Assembly: GCA_965644315.1 (NCBI GenBank) | Contig: CBFFRQ010000089.1 | Location: forward strand, 310,001-374,000 | Length of the DNA: 64,000 bases | Reading direction: 5' to 3' | Origin: Caecitellus pseudoparvulus | Taxonomy: Eukaryota; Protista; Bigyra: Bicosoecida | Part shown: positions 39,201 to 49,600 of the stretch, one piece after another | How positions within the stretch are numbered: the stretch's first letter is position 1 | How the letters are laid out: every line of letters starts with the position of its first letter | Translations under genes and position numbers: made by a program | Notes under the pieces: generated by a model | Databases searched by the model: none | What the model saw: only the letters and a program-made list of their open reading frames with translations | What the model was told of the DNA's origin: nothing

Positions 39201-40313
39201 GTGGTACGGGAGCTGCTGGCGCTGACTGGGCATCGCGAGGTAGACGTGCACGCGGCGAGCAATGGTGATCCTGAGTTTGGCTTCCGGCTTGCCTGCCAGA
39301 ACGGGCATGTGGATGTTGTACGCGAGCTACTGGCTTTGACTGAGCATCGGGAAGTAGGGGTGCACGCTGGATGCAATGGGCAGATTGAGACTGGATTCTT
39401 GGCTGCATGCCACAATGGTCACCTGGATGTTGTTTGTGAGCTTCTTGCTCTGACAGGTGATCGGGAAGTGGATGTGCATGCTGGACCTCCGGAAATGTCT
39501 GATTTTGCGTTTCTTACAGCCTGCCAGAATGGGCATGTAGATGTGGTGCAAAGACTTCTTGCTCTGGGCGGTGATCGAGTTGTTGATGTGATGACAGGGC
39601 CAAAAGCCATGCCCGGCTTTGCCTTGCGTCTTGCTTGTGATGGTGGGCATGAGCACGTGGTACGTGAGTTGCTGGCTGTGGCTGAAGAGCGTTCGGTCGA
39701 TTTGCATGCTGGGCCTGAGAGCTTACTTATTGGTTGCTTTCAACATGCCTGTGAGAATGGACATGTGGGCGTGGTGCGGGAGCTGTTGGCTTTGACAGGG
39801 CACCGTGAGGTGGACGTGCATGCTGGGCCTGAGGGCACTTCAGAGGCAGGCTTCTTTGCAGCATGCAGGAATGGACATGTGGGCGTGGTGCGGGAGCTGT
39901 TGGCTTTGACAGGGCACCGTGAGGTGGACGTGCATGCTGGGCCTGAGGGCACTTCAGAGGTAGGCTTCTTGGCAGCATGCCAGATTGGGCACGTGGACGT
40001 GGTGCGGGAGCTGTTGGCTTTGACGGGTGCCCGTGAGGTGGACGTGCATGCTGGGTTCGATGGCAAGCCTGAGGCTGGCTTCTGGCTTGCGTGCTTGAAA
40101 GGGCACGTGGACGTGGTGCGGGAGCTGTTGGCTTTGACGGGCGACCGTGAGGTGGATGTGCATGTGGATGGGGACTATGCCTTCGTTGCTGCCTGTGAGA
40201 ACGAGCACTTGAATGTTGTGCGTGAGCTATTAAACCTGACTGGGTCTCGAAGGATTCCACCTGAAGCGCGGGAAGCTGCGAGAGAGTTCGCCGAACTTGA
40301 GGAGTTGATATGA
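36261..40313 (+). CDS. Ankyrin-repeat protein (1,350 aa) with an N-terminal helical region and a degenerate kinase-like region
   Basis: About 17-18 repeats of type VDVHAGPEG.SEAGFRLACQNGHVDVVRELLALTGDRE from ~38030 to 40250. Intronless, with visibly lower GC than the flanking genes. Confidence 0.88.
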   Translation: MSSAGSQEPGAAVSCFAGFDSSACAWCWPQTQEAQSRSTRVFCPAQASREAIGGEGASARPSRTEEVPFEKLLACLEKVNCWPGSDMEHVDAIRGLAAIGEGSPPGAGKGPKIMSLGDLEGLLREAGGALLERAGALQEQVDRQEVSNALQYLSFRCFCAVEVLYRISAGEPLDACPTGEAVWDPIQKAWDSVDVEAQSLEGALADLTRWWLKRKRETAPQAAAVASPIHDPDANAAVKAALSSMRRQAECFREADEEDLGSGQAAKSLDKAAYAVTKMRQQLRCTRLVAARMLAPADSLDLAEEIAFFTSADRSVYSVSKDIMPEHLTEVLDVEEWAQDIASGSSNLQLSAGQVLATESLRVAQGFPRAVQALRGVGLVHSSTQFSPTDPLGQVSGVNIQVQCERGWPLGMFVRDEGWPSLELRLRQRLCVKLLGTCAVAAASGADLNGLSLESFVVVGMQACTLESLKDALDAGRCQVLIGSCVGVWTRAGHESAVSTIASMLEQILGPLEAGSSEKRWIQQQTARSGSGGAASEADSVNSISPFCYSAAYVNACKTFGLWCVKLWRADRTIRAAIDAERRTECQTQQTNAASFIQACREGDIVSARHLLCMGGSRAVDVHASDKGGPEAAFRAACSSGHLDVVVELLALTGERAVDVHAHSEYAFQLACSNGHLAVLRHLLALEGEREINVGADNHLAFRWACQNGHAEVVTELLRLTGHRAVDVHAVDGDGPEAGFRLACQNGHVDVVQELLALTGDREVNVHAESNGDPEYGFRAACERGHVDVVRELLALTGDREVNVHAEGWGASMCGFGISCASGSTGVVLKLLDLDGDSESGLHDALEGDSEAGSFVAAWASGHVGAVHEMLAIKGLQTVDLPEKSDGESWASFMAACINEQERVKRGVPAQKGNVGVGVKKGFSSVLPQSGFQAACRNGHVDVVRELLALTGDRAVDVHAGPEGGPEFGFRLACQNGHVAVVRELLALTGHREVDVHAASNGDPEFGFRLACQNGHVDVVRELLALTEHREVGVHAGCNGQIETGFLAACHNGHLDVVCELLALTGDREVDVHAGPPEMSDFAFLTACQNGHVDVVQRLLALGGDRVVDVMTGPKAMPGFALRLACDGGHEHVVRELLAVAEERSVDLHAGPESLLIGCFQHACENGHVGVVRELLALTGHREVDVHAGPEGTSEAGFFAACRNGHVGVVRELLALTGHREVDVHAGPEGTSEVGFLAACQIGHVDVVRELLALTGAREVDVHAGFDGKPEAGFWLACLKGHVDVVRELLALTGDREVDVHVDGDYAFVAACENEHLNVVRELLNLTGSRRIPPEAREAAREFAELEELI
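39755..40165 (+). repeat. Near-identical 114-bp tandem units encoding 38-aa ankyrin repeats
   Basis: gaatggacatgtgggcgtggtgcgggagctgttggctttgacagggcaccgtgaggtggacgtgcatgctgggcctgagggcacttcagagg occurs at 39755 and 39869 (period 114), followed by two more diverged copies. Confidence 0.9.
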
Positions 40314-40901
40314 ACGCAACATTCGCACCTTGGCTGCATCCAGCCAGTCAAATCTTTTGCCCTCCTTCTCTCATTCGGAAGTCGTCTGGGTCTACAGCCC
40401 AGACTGCGGAGCCACGCCCGCTACCGGTGTACACACATGACTAAGTTCGGGGATTATCAAGACAGGATGTATGAAGAAGCAAAGTGCTGCCTTGTCTACG
40501 ACATTCTTCATGCGCCTTCATGCCTGTGCAACTGGCTGAACAGAAACCCGCCCACATAGCATTTGAGACCTTAAAGTCGGGCACAAACCCATAGGCGGGC
40601 TGCAGTTCTTGAGCGTGCTATGCTTGAGAATGCAGCCCAGCCATCGAAGCCCAAGCAAGGAAGTTGACTTTATGGCAGTGTTGCGACTCAAGCAGCCGCA
40701 CAATCCACGCTGCTCCCACTTTGGCGCCAGTATTCCAATTCAGACACACTCACCAGCATCCCATTGCTACCATAGCGCCCGCCACCCGTACCAATATTGA
40801 CTTCCGCCCCCTTTCACCACCCCATTAAACACAGTTCGGTATCTCGCACCAGAGCCAGTGGGTTCACATCGGCTTGTCCTACGCAGTGTGACCAGGATGT
40901 C

Positions 40902-42212
40902 ATGGAGGAGCTCGAAAGGCGTGTGATCCACGCCATCAAGCGATTTGCGGCGGTATATGGCGCCCACGCCTGCTTCGTGTGGGCGTGGCGCGTGTGGCGC
41001 ATGGTGCAGCTGGGCCGGTGCTCGCGGAAATTGGTGCCGCTGCTGGTTGGCATGGGGCGCGCAGCTCGACAGACTCTGCGCAGCCAGTCCACGCTGCGCG
41101 TCGCTGTGGCGTGTGCAAGTTGGGGTCCAGTGTATCGTCTGGTGTCTCACTGCGGCCAGGCTTCTTTCGCAGCAGAGGGCCGTGCCTGGCAGCCAAGTCT
41201 GGTCGCTGGCGTGGCTGGCGCAGCGGCTGGTGCTGTCGCGGCCAGTGCGCTGCCTCCTGGCTTGCGCAAGGTGCTGGCGCCCCACGCTGCAGTTCGAGGC
41301 CTGTCCGTCATAGCATCCGGTCAGGGGGCTCGTTTCTCCCCCCTGCAGCGGTCTGTGGCTCCAGTGGTGCTGTTTTGCGCCTCCAGCGCAGTGGTCATGT
41401 GGTGTTGGTTTTACGCTCCGCAGGCCTTGCCACGGAGCTACCGCCAGTGGATCACCGTCATGGCAGACATGGACAGCAGACTACTGCACGCTCTGCGGGA
41501 GCTGCGGGCTGGGCGCCTGCGGTACGGCACTCCCTCTGCGTTTTTGGCGGAGTACTGCACAGACCACGGTCTGCCCAGCTCGGCAGGTGATCCTGGGCTT
41601 CACAAGCCCCTTCCATGCAGCTCCGTCCACCCAGCCAGTGGGGACAGCTGCAGACACAATGTGCAGCGTCGGTGGCTGCGTGGTTTCACTGCTGCGCTGC
41701 TGCTGCACGCGCCGTTGTCTGGCATTGCAGCTGTTGCAGGGGCGGCGGTTGCAGCTGCTGCGTCGGCGAAACACGCGCCCCAGACAGGGCGGTGGGAGGT
41801 GGCCCTGCGGCATTTCAGGGCACACTTGGCCAGTGGCGTGTCCAACGCTGCCCGGCGCTCTGTGCGCTCTGGCGCCTTCCTTGCCACGTTCATCGCAACC
41901 ATCTGGGGGGCCATTTGCTGCACACGGAACGTTCTGCGGGATGACGTGCCGTGGGGGCCAGGGCTGGGGTGTTGCCTGGCAGGGCTGTCATGCCTCATTG
42001 AGCCCCACGGCCGCCGTGTGGAACTGGCGCTGTACGTGCTTCCGCGTGCACTGCAGAGTGTGTGGGAGTTATCTGGCGCGCCGTCGCCGCCAGCCGGCTT
42101 CGGCCGCGCTCTACTGACGCTCGCCAGTGCTTGCATGGCAGCAGGCTCCACCAGTGCGAGTGGCGGTGGGGGAACCCTGGAGGCGGGGCTGCTGCAGTGG
42201 TTGGCGCGTTGA
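40902..42212 (+). CDS. TMEM135: TMEM135/PMP52-like peroxisomal/mitochondrial membrane protein
   Basis: Motifs LFCASSAVVMWCWFYAPQALPRSYRQWI, C..VHP...SC, RSVRSGAFLATF and IEPHGRRVELALYVLPRALQSVW are typical of the family. Confidence 0.8.
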   Translation: MEELERRVIHAIKRFAAVYGAHACFVWAWRVWRMVQLGRCSRKLVPLLVGMGRAARQTLRSQSTLRVAVACASWGPVYRLVSHCGQASFAAEGRAWQPSLVAGVAGAAAGAVAASALPPGLRKVLAPHAAVRGLSVIASGQGARFSPLQRSVAPVVLFCASSAVVMWCWFYAPQALPRSYRQWITVMADMDSRLLHALRELRAGRLRYGTPSAFLAEYCTDHGLPSSAGDPGLHKPLPCSSVHPASGDSCRHNVQRRWLRGFTAALLLHAPLSGIAAVAGAAVAAAASAKHAPQTGRWEVALRHFRAHLASGVSNAARRSVRSGAFLATFIATIWGAICCTRNVLRDDVPWGPGLGCCLAGLSCLIEPHGRRVELALYVLPRALQSVWELSGAPSPPAGFGRALLTLASACMAAGSTSASGGGGTLEAGLLQWLAR

Positions 42213-42235
42213 ACTCTGCATTGGGCAGGCACGAC

Positions 42236-43861
42236 TCAGGGTTTCCCGGCGCCCCACTCCACCGTGGAATCGCCGTCACCTCCCCCGTCATCCACCACGA
42301 CATCTCGCTCGTCCACCTGCCCGCCCATCTGCGCAAAGAAACCACCACCACCACCACCGCCACCGCCCCGTGGCGCCTTGGCTGTGCTGCCCCCCCCTCC
42401 GCCTGCCTGCGGGGGTGCTTTCTTCACTCTCCGAGCCTCAGGGTTGCTGCCTGCGGCCATGACCTCTCCGCCGTCACCAGCCTGCCCCACGCCCGCAAAG
42501 ATGGCTGGTTGCGGGTTGATGAGGTCTTCGGACCTGAATCTGTCCAGGCTGGACTTGGGCAAGTGCTCAATGTCCGAGAAATCCACGGACGTCACTTCCT
42601 GGTACTGCTTGTAGATGTGCTTCATGGGCAGGACGTTGAATGCGACAGCGTTCACGACGGCGGTGGCGACGGCGAGGAGGCCCAGGGAAGACACCAGCTG
42701 CACCAGCAGAGTGGAGAAGTCAAATTTCCCAATGGTGCCAGTCTGCTGCACCAGCAGACGCACACCGTGGCGGTCCAGCAGCGTGCGTGTGCGGTTGTCG
42801 TCGCCTGGCTCGGGGATGACTTGCTGCACTTTGAACTCGGTGTTGACGACTTCAGACACGGCATACGTGTACCGGATGTCCTCTGGGTCGTAGCTGAAGA
42901 AGTTGTCGTACTCGATGCTGACCAGCAGCACCACGCCCGCGTACCGCTTGGTTTCGTTGTACAGGGAATTGGCGGGGTCGGCCGATGCGAAGTCACTCAG
43001 GTTGGTGCCAGCTGCGCGGAGCAGGGAGGCGATGGTGATGATGTCCGTCCTGCCGGGGTCGCCCAGGGAGATGAAGGGGGGGCACTCGAAGCCCCAGTCG
43101 TTGTACGGCGCGCAGGGGTCCAGCCCCGCCTCGTTGCCGACCCGCCCCTTGCCGCCCGTGAGGGCGCCGTGCATGGAGGTGGCCGACGCAGACAGCTGCA
43201 GCGTGGGCACGTTCATGGTGTGGTCGATGAACAGCGTGAAGAAGGTGGGGTCGCTGATGAAGTACGCAGTCTTGGGAGCGATGGGTGTGTAGCTGCAGTT
43301 GGCGAACTGCATGTCAGCACAGGAGGCGGGCCGCTGGGACACGGTGCGGGACACCCGTGTCGTGAGGAAGGTGGCGGTGGACTCCACAGGCGGGTACACC
43401 GCGTCGTACTGGTCCCAGAAAATGCAGGGGTGTTTGCCGGCGGGGCGGCCGCCAGCGCCGGGAAAGTACCCAGAATCCCCGCAGTAGGGCCGGTCTGCGC
43501 GGTAGAACTTGGCGTCTGGCGACTGCAGCTGCAGGCGCACGGTGCCCACGACGTCCCCGCGCTTCCGATAGCCCTTCTGGATGATGACATTGTACCTGGC
43601 AGTGCAAGGCGACAGGGGGAAGCTGCGCTGGGGCGAGTTTGGCGGCCGGCTGCACCGCAGACGCACACGACAATGTACACGAAGATCAAGAAGAGACTTG
43701 TGTAGTAGATGATGCCCAGGCGTCGGTCCCGAATGCGCACCTTGCGCACGACCTGTCAGGGGGGGCAAGTGCAGCGAGTGCTGGGAAAGTGCCAAATTCC
43801 GCAGTCGAGCCTGCGGTCCACACACCGAGTACGCAAAGATGTCGTCCAAGTCCCACGACAT
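42236..43861 (-). CDS. P2X: P2X-type ligand-gated cation channel (protist/algal type), 3 exons
   Basis: Spliced N-terminus MSWDLDDIFAYS|VVRKVRIRDRRLGIIYY...VYIVV|YNVIIQKGY (introns 43825-43753 and 43666-43596). Ectodomain FLTTRV, FTLFIDH, RYAGVVLLVSIEYDN; pre-TM2/TM2 RHGVRLLVQQTGTIGKFDFSTLLVQLVSSLGLLAVATAVVN. Confidence 0.9.
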   Translation of the reverse strand: MSWDLDDIFAYSVCGPQARLRNLALSQHSLHLPPLTGRAQGAHSGPTPGHHLLHKSLLDLRVHCRVRLRCSRPPNSPQRSFPLSPCTARYNVIIQKGYRKRGDVVGTVRLQLQSPDAKFYRADRPYCGDSGYFPGAGGRPAGKHPCIFWDQYDAVYPPVESTATFLTTRVSRTVSQRPASCADMQFANCSYTPIAPKTAYFISDPTFFTLFIDHTMNVPTLQLSASATSMHGALTGGKGRVGNEAGLDPCAPYNDWGFECPPFISLGDPGRTDIITIASLLRAAGTNLSDFASADPANSLYNETKRYAGVVLLVSIEYDNFFSYDPEDIRYTYAVSEVVNTEFKVQQVIPEPGDDNRTRTLLDRHGVRLLVQQTGTIGKFDFSTLLVQLVSSLGLLAVATAVVNAVAFNVLPMKHIYKQYQEVTSVDFSDIEHLPKSSLDRFRSEDLINPQPAIFAGVGQAGDGGEVMAAGSNPEARRVKKAPPQAGGGGGSTAKAPRGGGGGGGGGFFAQMGGQVDERDVVVDDGGGDGDSTVEWGAGKP

Positions 43862-44264
43862 GGTGTCTGAGCCGCGAAGTGCTTCCACAAATTCGCCTTA
43901 CTTCCTGGTGCTGGTCACCCGCGCCAGAGCTGTGCAGACTGGAGTGGCGGTCGGCGGGTGGCCTCGCACAGCCACGTGATGCAGTCGCTGAGGCCCAGCT
44001 GCGCTGCCTGGCCAGCGTGAAACCGTAGCAGCACACTGCATACGGAGCGGCCACTACAGCACCACACCCTGACCTGACAACCTGCAGGGAATGAATTGTA
44101 GAGACGGTGCAAAGGTGGCGCCGTGGCCTGCCGCGGTGAACTCCGGCCACGCTGAGCGGCACCCTGAGGCGCTGCTGCCCTTGGTCTATCCCGCGCCCCC
44201 ACTTCACGCTCAGCTTCGACTGCACTGCGCTCCATGCCTGACGGCAGGCTGGCGTTGCCGGCGC

Positions 44265-44798
44265 TCACAGGCGGGAGGTGGCCTCCACCACCGCCTGCTC
44301 GATCTTGGGCAGCATCTCATAGTCCCACTTGGTCTTGGCGTCCAGACCCTCCCGGCGCACGCAGGAGGAGAACTTGGCCCAGTCGATGTTGCTGTCCGAG
44401 GGGTTCTGCGGGTCAAAGCCGGCGGCCGAGCCACAGGTGCCCGCAGCGTTGATGATGACGGAAGCGGCGGCCTGCCCCACAGCGGCAGTGGCCTGCTGCA
44501 CCTGCATGTAGGCGGCGACGCCGGGCTGGTCAGACATGCACTTGGCGCGTTCCTCGGCGTCCATGGTGGAGTTGTTGGTGCACTTGACACCGGCACGGTA
44601 GAAGGCAGCCTGCGTGGGGCGCCGGGGCGGTGCGGGTGATACGCGCGCGGGGTGGACCACGCCGTGTGCGCTGGCCGCCCTCACCTCGCACTTGCGGATG
44701 TACTTGCGGTCAATCTCCTTCATGGAGTCAGCGACGTGCTCCATGAACTGCTGCTGCATGGCGGTGAACGCCTCCTGCACGTCTGACGGCATGTCCAT
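44265..44798 (-). CDS. Small helical Cys-containing protein, FAM136A/DUF842-like
   Basis: MDMPSDVQEAF...SMKEIDRKYIRKCE|AAFYRAGVKC...AKCM...FSSCV...MLPKIEQAV, with an in-frame 75-nt GT-AG intron at 44684-44610. Length and residue spacing resemble FAM136A. Confidence 0.6.
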   Translation of the reverse strand: MDMPSDVQEAFTAMQQQFMEHVADSMKEIDRKYIRKCEVRAASAHGVVHPARVSPAPPRRPTQAAFYRAGVKCTNNSTMDAEERAKCMSDQPGVAAYMQVQQATAAVGQAAASVIINAAGTCGSAAGFDPQNPSDSNIDWAKFSSCVRREGLDAKTKWDYEMLPKIEQAVVEATSRL

Positions 44799-45002
44799 GA
44801 TGGTGCGGAATTTGGGGGGGGCAGGCAAAGAACAGTGGCACTGTGGCGCGATGGCGAGTTCAACAGGGAAGCAGGCTAGCATAGCGTGGGGGCGGTAAAG
44901 TGGGGTCGTCATGCGAAAAGTGGGAGGGACCGGAATGATGCGAGTGCGCCGCGTGGCGGCCCCTCGCTGCACGCGCAATCATGCATTGCACGCTCAGTCG
45001 CC

Positions 45003-46287
45003 TCAGGAGGACACGGCCTTAGCAAAGGAGACGGTGTTGGCTGCCCGGTCGAAAATAGTGCCGTAGGCGCGCAGGAAGGTGTCACCCAGGATCCAGATGG
45101 GGAACAGGCCCTCCCCTGCGTCAAACGCCATCATGCCCAGGATGCACTGGGTGGCTCCGCCGGCCTCCTGAGAGGGCAGGCGCACGACGTACTGCTGGGG
45201 CGTGAGGGGGAAGTCCACGCCCGCCATGGTGAAGGAGATGGTGGGCAGGGAGTCGACGTTGGAGCAGTCGGGAGCGACGTTGAGCTTGGCGATGATGGGG
45301 TCAAACACCTTGGGCGGGCCGGCGATGACAGAGGTGCCGGTGTCGATGACGCCGATGCAGTCCTTGCACGCGCCCGTGTCCTTGCCGTCCACATTCACAG
45401 CCTGCAGCGTGACGGCCCAGTACCCCAGCAGCGGCTGCAGGGCGTCAAAGGCGACGGAGGTGAAGGGGCCCGTCACCTTGCTCTCATCCACACCGCCGAA
45501 CACCAGCACACTCTCGGCATCACCGGGAGTGGAGGACAGGTACGTGAAGAACTGGTGCTTGGGCAGGACGCCTGCCGCCATGAGGTTGTCAAAGACGGGT
45601 GCGGGTCCGTTGGGGATGGGCATGGCGATGATCGGGTAGGCGAGGCCCAGGATGCCGTCGAAGGGCGCCTCTGCGAAGGAGCCGTTGCCGTTCACCACCG
45701 TCATCTCGCCAAACACCTGGTTGGGGATGGCGTACCCGGCCACGTGCGTCACGTCGCGCGCCAGCTTGCCGTACACGATGCCGGAGCCGTAGGGGATGAA
45801 CAGGGTGCGGTTGTCAGGGGTGTAGGTGGAGGAGGCGCTGTGGTTGTACTTGGCGTGGTTCGCGCAGGCAGGGGACGCCTTGTAATCCGTGCAGTTGGAG
45901 GAGGGCACCCACAGGTTGCTGCTGCCGGTGTCGTACACGACGGTGAAGTCTTGCGGCGGCGACCCCAGGCTCACCTTGCCGTAGTATTCGAAGTCCTGCG
46001 TGTTGTCCATGGGCAGCGTGTGGGGCTGGGGGTCGGACCCACGCAGACGAGCAGTGGTTTTCTGCTGCAGGAAGGCCAGGCGGCGCCCAGCGCTGGCTGT
46101 GTACTGCTCCACAGTCTGTGCAAGGCTTGCAGGGTGTTGTGCAGGTGCACTGCACTTGCCGTCGCCGCCCTCGCGCTGCACACACCATGACTTTGTGCTG
46201 CAGCTGCACGACTCCCTGGGCTTCTGCAGTGGCCATGGCGCCCAGGATGGCTGCAGCGGCCAGCGAGGTCGCGACAGCAAGCTTCAT
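45003..46287 (-). CDS. Pepsin/cathepsin D-like aspartic protease (A1), secreted/lysosomal, 2 exons
   Basis: Signal peptide MKLAVATSLAAAAILGAMA; one intron after KVM. Motifs YYGKVSLGSPPQDFTVVYDTGSSNLWVPS, YGSG, FDGILGLAY, IDTGTSVI and WILGDTFLR. Confidence 0.95.
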
Positions 46288-46676
46288 GGTGGGGAAAGGC
46301 ACAAGGGCTGTGGTGCTGGGTAATGGGGCACTTGAGGCAAGGAAAAGGGGGGGGGCTTTAGGAAGGTAGGCACAGTACGCTCAGGAACATTGACCTGAAC
46401 ATGTGCTATGTTGGTGTGCATTTGTCACGCTACGCTGTTTGTCTGCGCAGCTGGGACTGCGGCGGCCTGCAGCACAGCAAGAAGCCACCAACCCATACAC
46501 TCCCCACCAGCCATGACAACGCTTGCCACACTAAAAAATCCGCAACACACACTGCCTGGCCATCTTCGCAGCTCGCCTGCTCAAGCCCTGCCTCGCCTGC
46601 ACTGGCTCGGCAGCTGGCGTGGTGGCCTGCGGAAATCGCTCGGGTGGTGCAGCCCGTTCGTGCAAGGACGCACGCC

Positions 46677-49600
46677 ATGTTGGGACCAGGGGACTTGCAG
46701 GACTTTGATGACACTGTGCTGAAATCCCTCGGCGGGCTGGATGCCCTCGTGCAGGGCCTGGGCACTGACCCCAAGAAGGGACTGAGCAGCGAACAGGTGG
46801 CAGCCAGCCGGCGTCGGTTCGGCAGCAACAAGCTGCCCGACAAGGAGCTGACGAGTTTCTGGGAGCACCTGTGGGAAGCCTTTCAAGATCGCACGGTGAT
46901 CATCCTCGTCATCAGCGCCGTCGTGCAGGTGCTCTTCGCCGTCTTCGTCAGGTAAGTTCTTGTCACACGTGGTGACAGGGGGGGCTGTCTCAAACCACGC
47001 CGTCAGCAGCCACTGCCGTTGCGTTTCGCCCTGGCACACGCCCACCCGCCTTTCCCCCCCATGTGCGCAGTGACGACGGCGCCGACATCGTGCAGGCGTG
47101 CGCCATTGTGCTGTGTGCGTGCAGGCGCCCGCTTGTCGGCGAACTTTCCATTTCCGCAGCACACCCACCACGCCGCGCCCTTTGCAGCTGTGGCCATCGT
47201 GTCTGGCATTGCCTCTGCCCAGAACTACGTGGGGGAGCGGGAGTTCGCCAGTTTGACGGCCCTGAAGCAAGACCGCCCCGTGCAGGTGCAGCGTGTGAGC
47301 GCCAGCGGGGAATCCCACGTGGTGCAGGTGTCTGTTCACGACCTGGTGGTGGGGGACGTCGTCCTGCTGGCGGCAGGCGACATCCTGGCGGCAGATGGCG
47401 TGCTGCTGGAGGGGCACCGTGTGGGGGTGAACCAGTCCAACTTGACGGGGGAGTCTGACGTCGTGGCCAAGTCCAGCGCCGACCCCGTGTTGCTGGGCGG
47501 CAGCGTGGTGGTGGAGGGGTACGGCTCCTACCTCGTCGTGTGCGTGGGGGAGGAGAGCCAGTACGGCCGCATCACCAAGGAGGTGCAGGAGCGCGAGCCC
47601 CCCCGCACACCCCTGGAGGAGAAGCTGGACGACCTGGCCGACCTCATCGGCTGGGCGGGGCTGGGCGTGGGCGGCCTCACCACCGCCGCTCTCTCCGTCA
47701 TGTGGCTGCTGGGGCAGGAGGACCCCCTGTCCCTGCAGAACGAGTGGATCGACCTGTTGAAGTTCTTCGTCGTGGGGCTCGTCATCGTCGTGGTGGCGGT
47801 GCCCGAGGGCCTGCCCCTGGCCGTCACCATCTCCCTGCAGTTCTCCATGCAGCGCATGGTGGCGGACCGCATCCTGGTGCGGGAGATGAAGGCCTGCGAG
47901 ACCTCCGGCTCCGCCAACGTCATCTGCTCCGACAAGACCGGCACGCTGACGGAGAACAAGATGAAGGTGGTGGATGCCTGGCTGGCCGCTGCACCCGACA
48001 CCGCCGTGCAGTCGCCCAAGGCCGCCCTGGCGCCTGCCGTGGCACAGGAGCTGGCCAAAGCCATCGCGCTGAACACCTCTGCGCACGAGCAGGAGGGCGA
48101 CGCCGGGTTCATGGGCAACCCCACGGAGGTGGCCATGCTGAACTGGCTGGCGGCAGGGCTGGGCTGCGAGGTGGAGGCCATGCGGGATGCCGCCCCCACG
48201 CGCTTCCGCATCCCCTTCGACTCCCTGCGCAAGTGCATGACCACCGTGACGGCAGGGCAGGGCGGGGACTTTGCCGTCTACTGCAAGGGCGCCCCGGAGC
48301 TGCTGCTGCCCCAGGCCAGCCAGGTGGCTCGCCCCGACGGTAGCGTCGTGGAGCTGACGGAGGGGGAGGTGGCCACCCTGCAAGACCGCATCGCGGCCAT
48401 GGCCTCTGCAGGCCTGCGCACCATCGCCGTCATGAGCAAGACCATCGACGCACAGGACGCAGTGGAGGGCCTGGGCATTCCCGGCCCAGCTGACGCTGCG
48501 GGGGTGGGGGCTGAGGAGGAGGAGGCGGCGTGGGAGGGCGCAGCGGACAACGGCGCGCTGGACGACGACTTCACGCTGCTGGCCATCCTGGGCATCGCCG
48601 ACCCCATCCGGGCAGCAGTGCCGGGGGCGGTGGCCAAGTGCAACGCGGCGGGTGTGCGGGTCATCATGGTGACTGGGGACTACGCCCCCACCGCCGTCAG
48701 CATCGCCAAGGAGGCTGGCATCCTGAAGGAGGAGGGGCTGGTCATGCAGGGGCACGAGTTCCGCGCCAAGACCGAGGCGCAGCGGCGGGACATCGTCCCG
48801 CGCCTGGCCGTCCTCGCCCGCTCCTCTCCCAACGACAAGCTGCTGCTGGTGAACACGCTCCTGGACATGGGCGCCATCGTGTCTGTGACGGGGGACGGTA
48901 CCAACGACGCGCCCGCCCTGCGCGCAGCGACTGTGGGCCTGGCCATGGGCATCGCCGGCACGGAGGTGGCCAAGGAGGCCTCCGACATCGTCGTGCTGGA
49001 CGACAACTTCGCCTCCATCGTGCAGAGCGTCAAGTGGGGCCGCGCCATCGTGGAGAATGTGCGGAAATTCCTGCAGTTCCAGCTCACCGTGAACGTCAGC
49101 GCCTGCCTGCTCACCTTCATCGTCGCCTGCTTGAACGGCGGGGACATGTCCAAGTTCCCCCTCAACTCCGTCGAACTGCTGTGGGTGAACCTCATCATGG
49201 ACTCCTTCGCCGCCCTGGCCCTGGCAACGGAGCCCCCCAACGAGGCCCTGCTGCAGCGCCTGCCAGAGGGCCGCGGCACTCCCCTCATCACCACCCGCAT
49301 GTGGAAGCACCTGCTGGGGCACGGCCTCGTGCAGACTGCCGTGCTGCTGGTGTTGACCATGCACCCCGACGCTGCGGAGTGGGTGGGCGCCCCCGCCTTC
49401 GGGGACCTGCAGCACATGACCTTCATCTTCAACGTCTTCGTGTTCATGCAGGTGTTCAACATGTTCAACTGCCGCAAGATCCACGACGAGGGCGGCGTCT
49501 TCAAGGACCTCGGCGACTCCACCCTGCTCACCGGCGTGCTGGCTGTCATCGTTGGCGGGCAGTACGCCATGGTCACCTTCGGCGGCGACGTCGTGCAGAC

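Noticed and set aside
38400-40200. Regularly spaced direct repeats resembling a CRISPR array
   Set aside because: The 114-bp period is in frame and encodes ankyrin repeats; there are no unique spacers or cas genes, and the context is eukaryotic.
35800-40800. Lower-GC segment as a mobile element or endogenous virus
   Set aside because: No transposase, integrase, RT, capsid, terminal repeats or target-site duplication recognised; kept only as a compositional anomaly.
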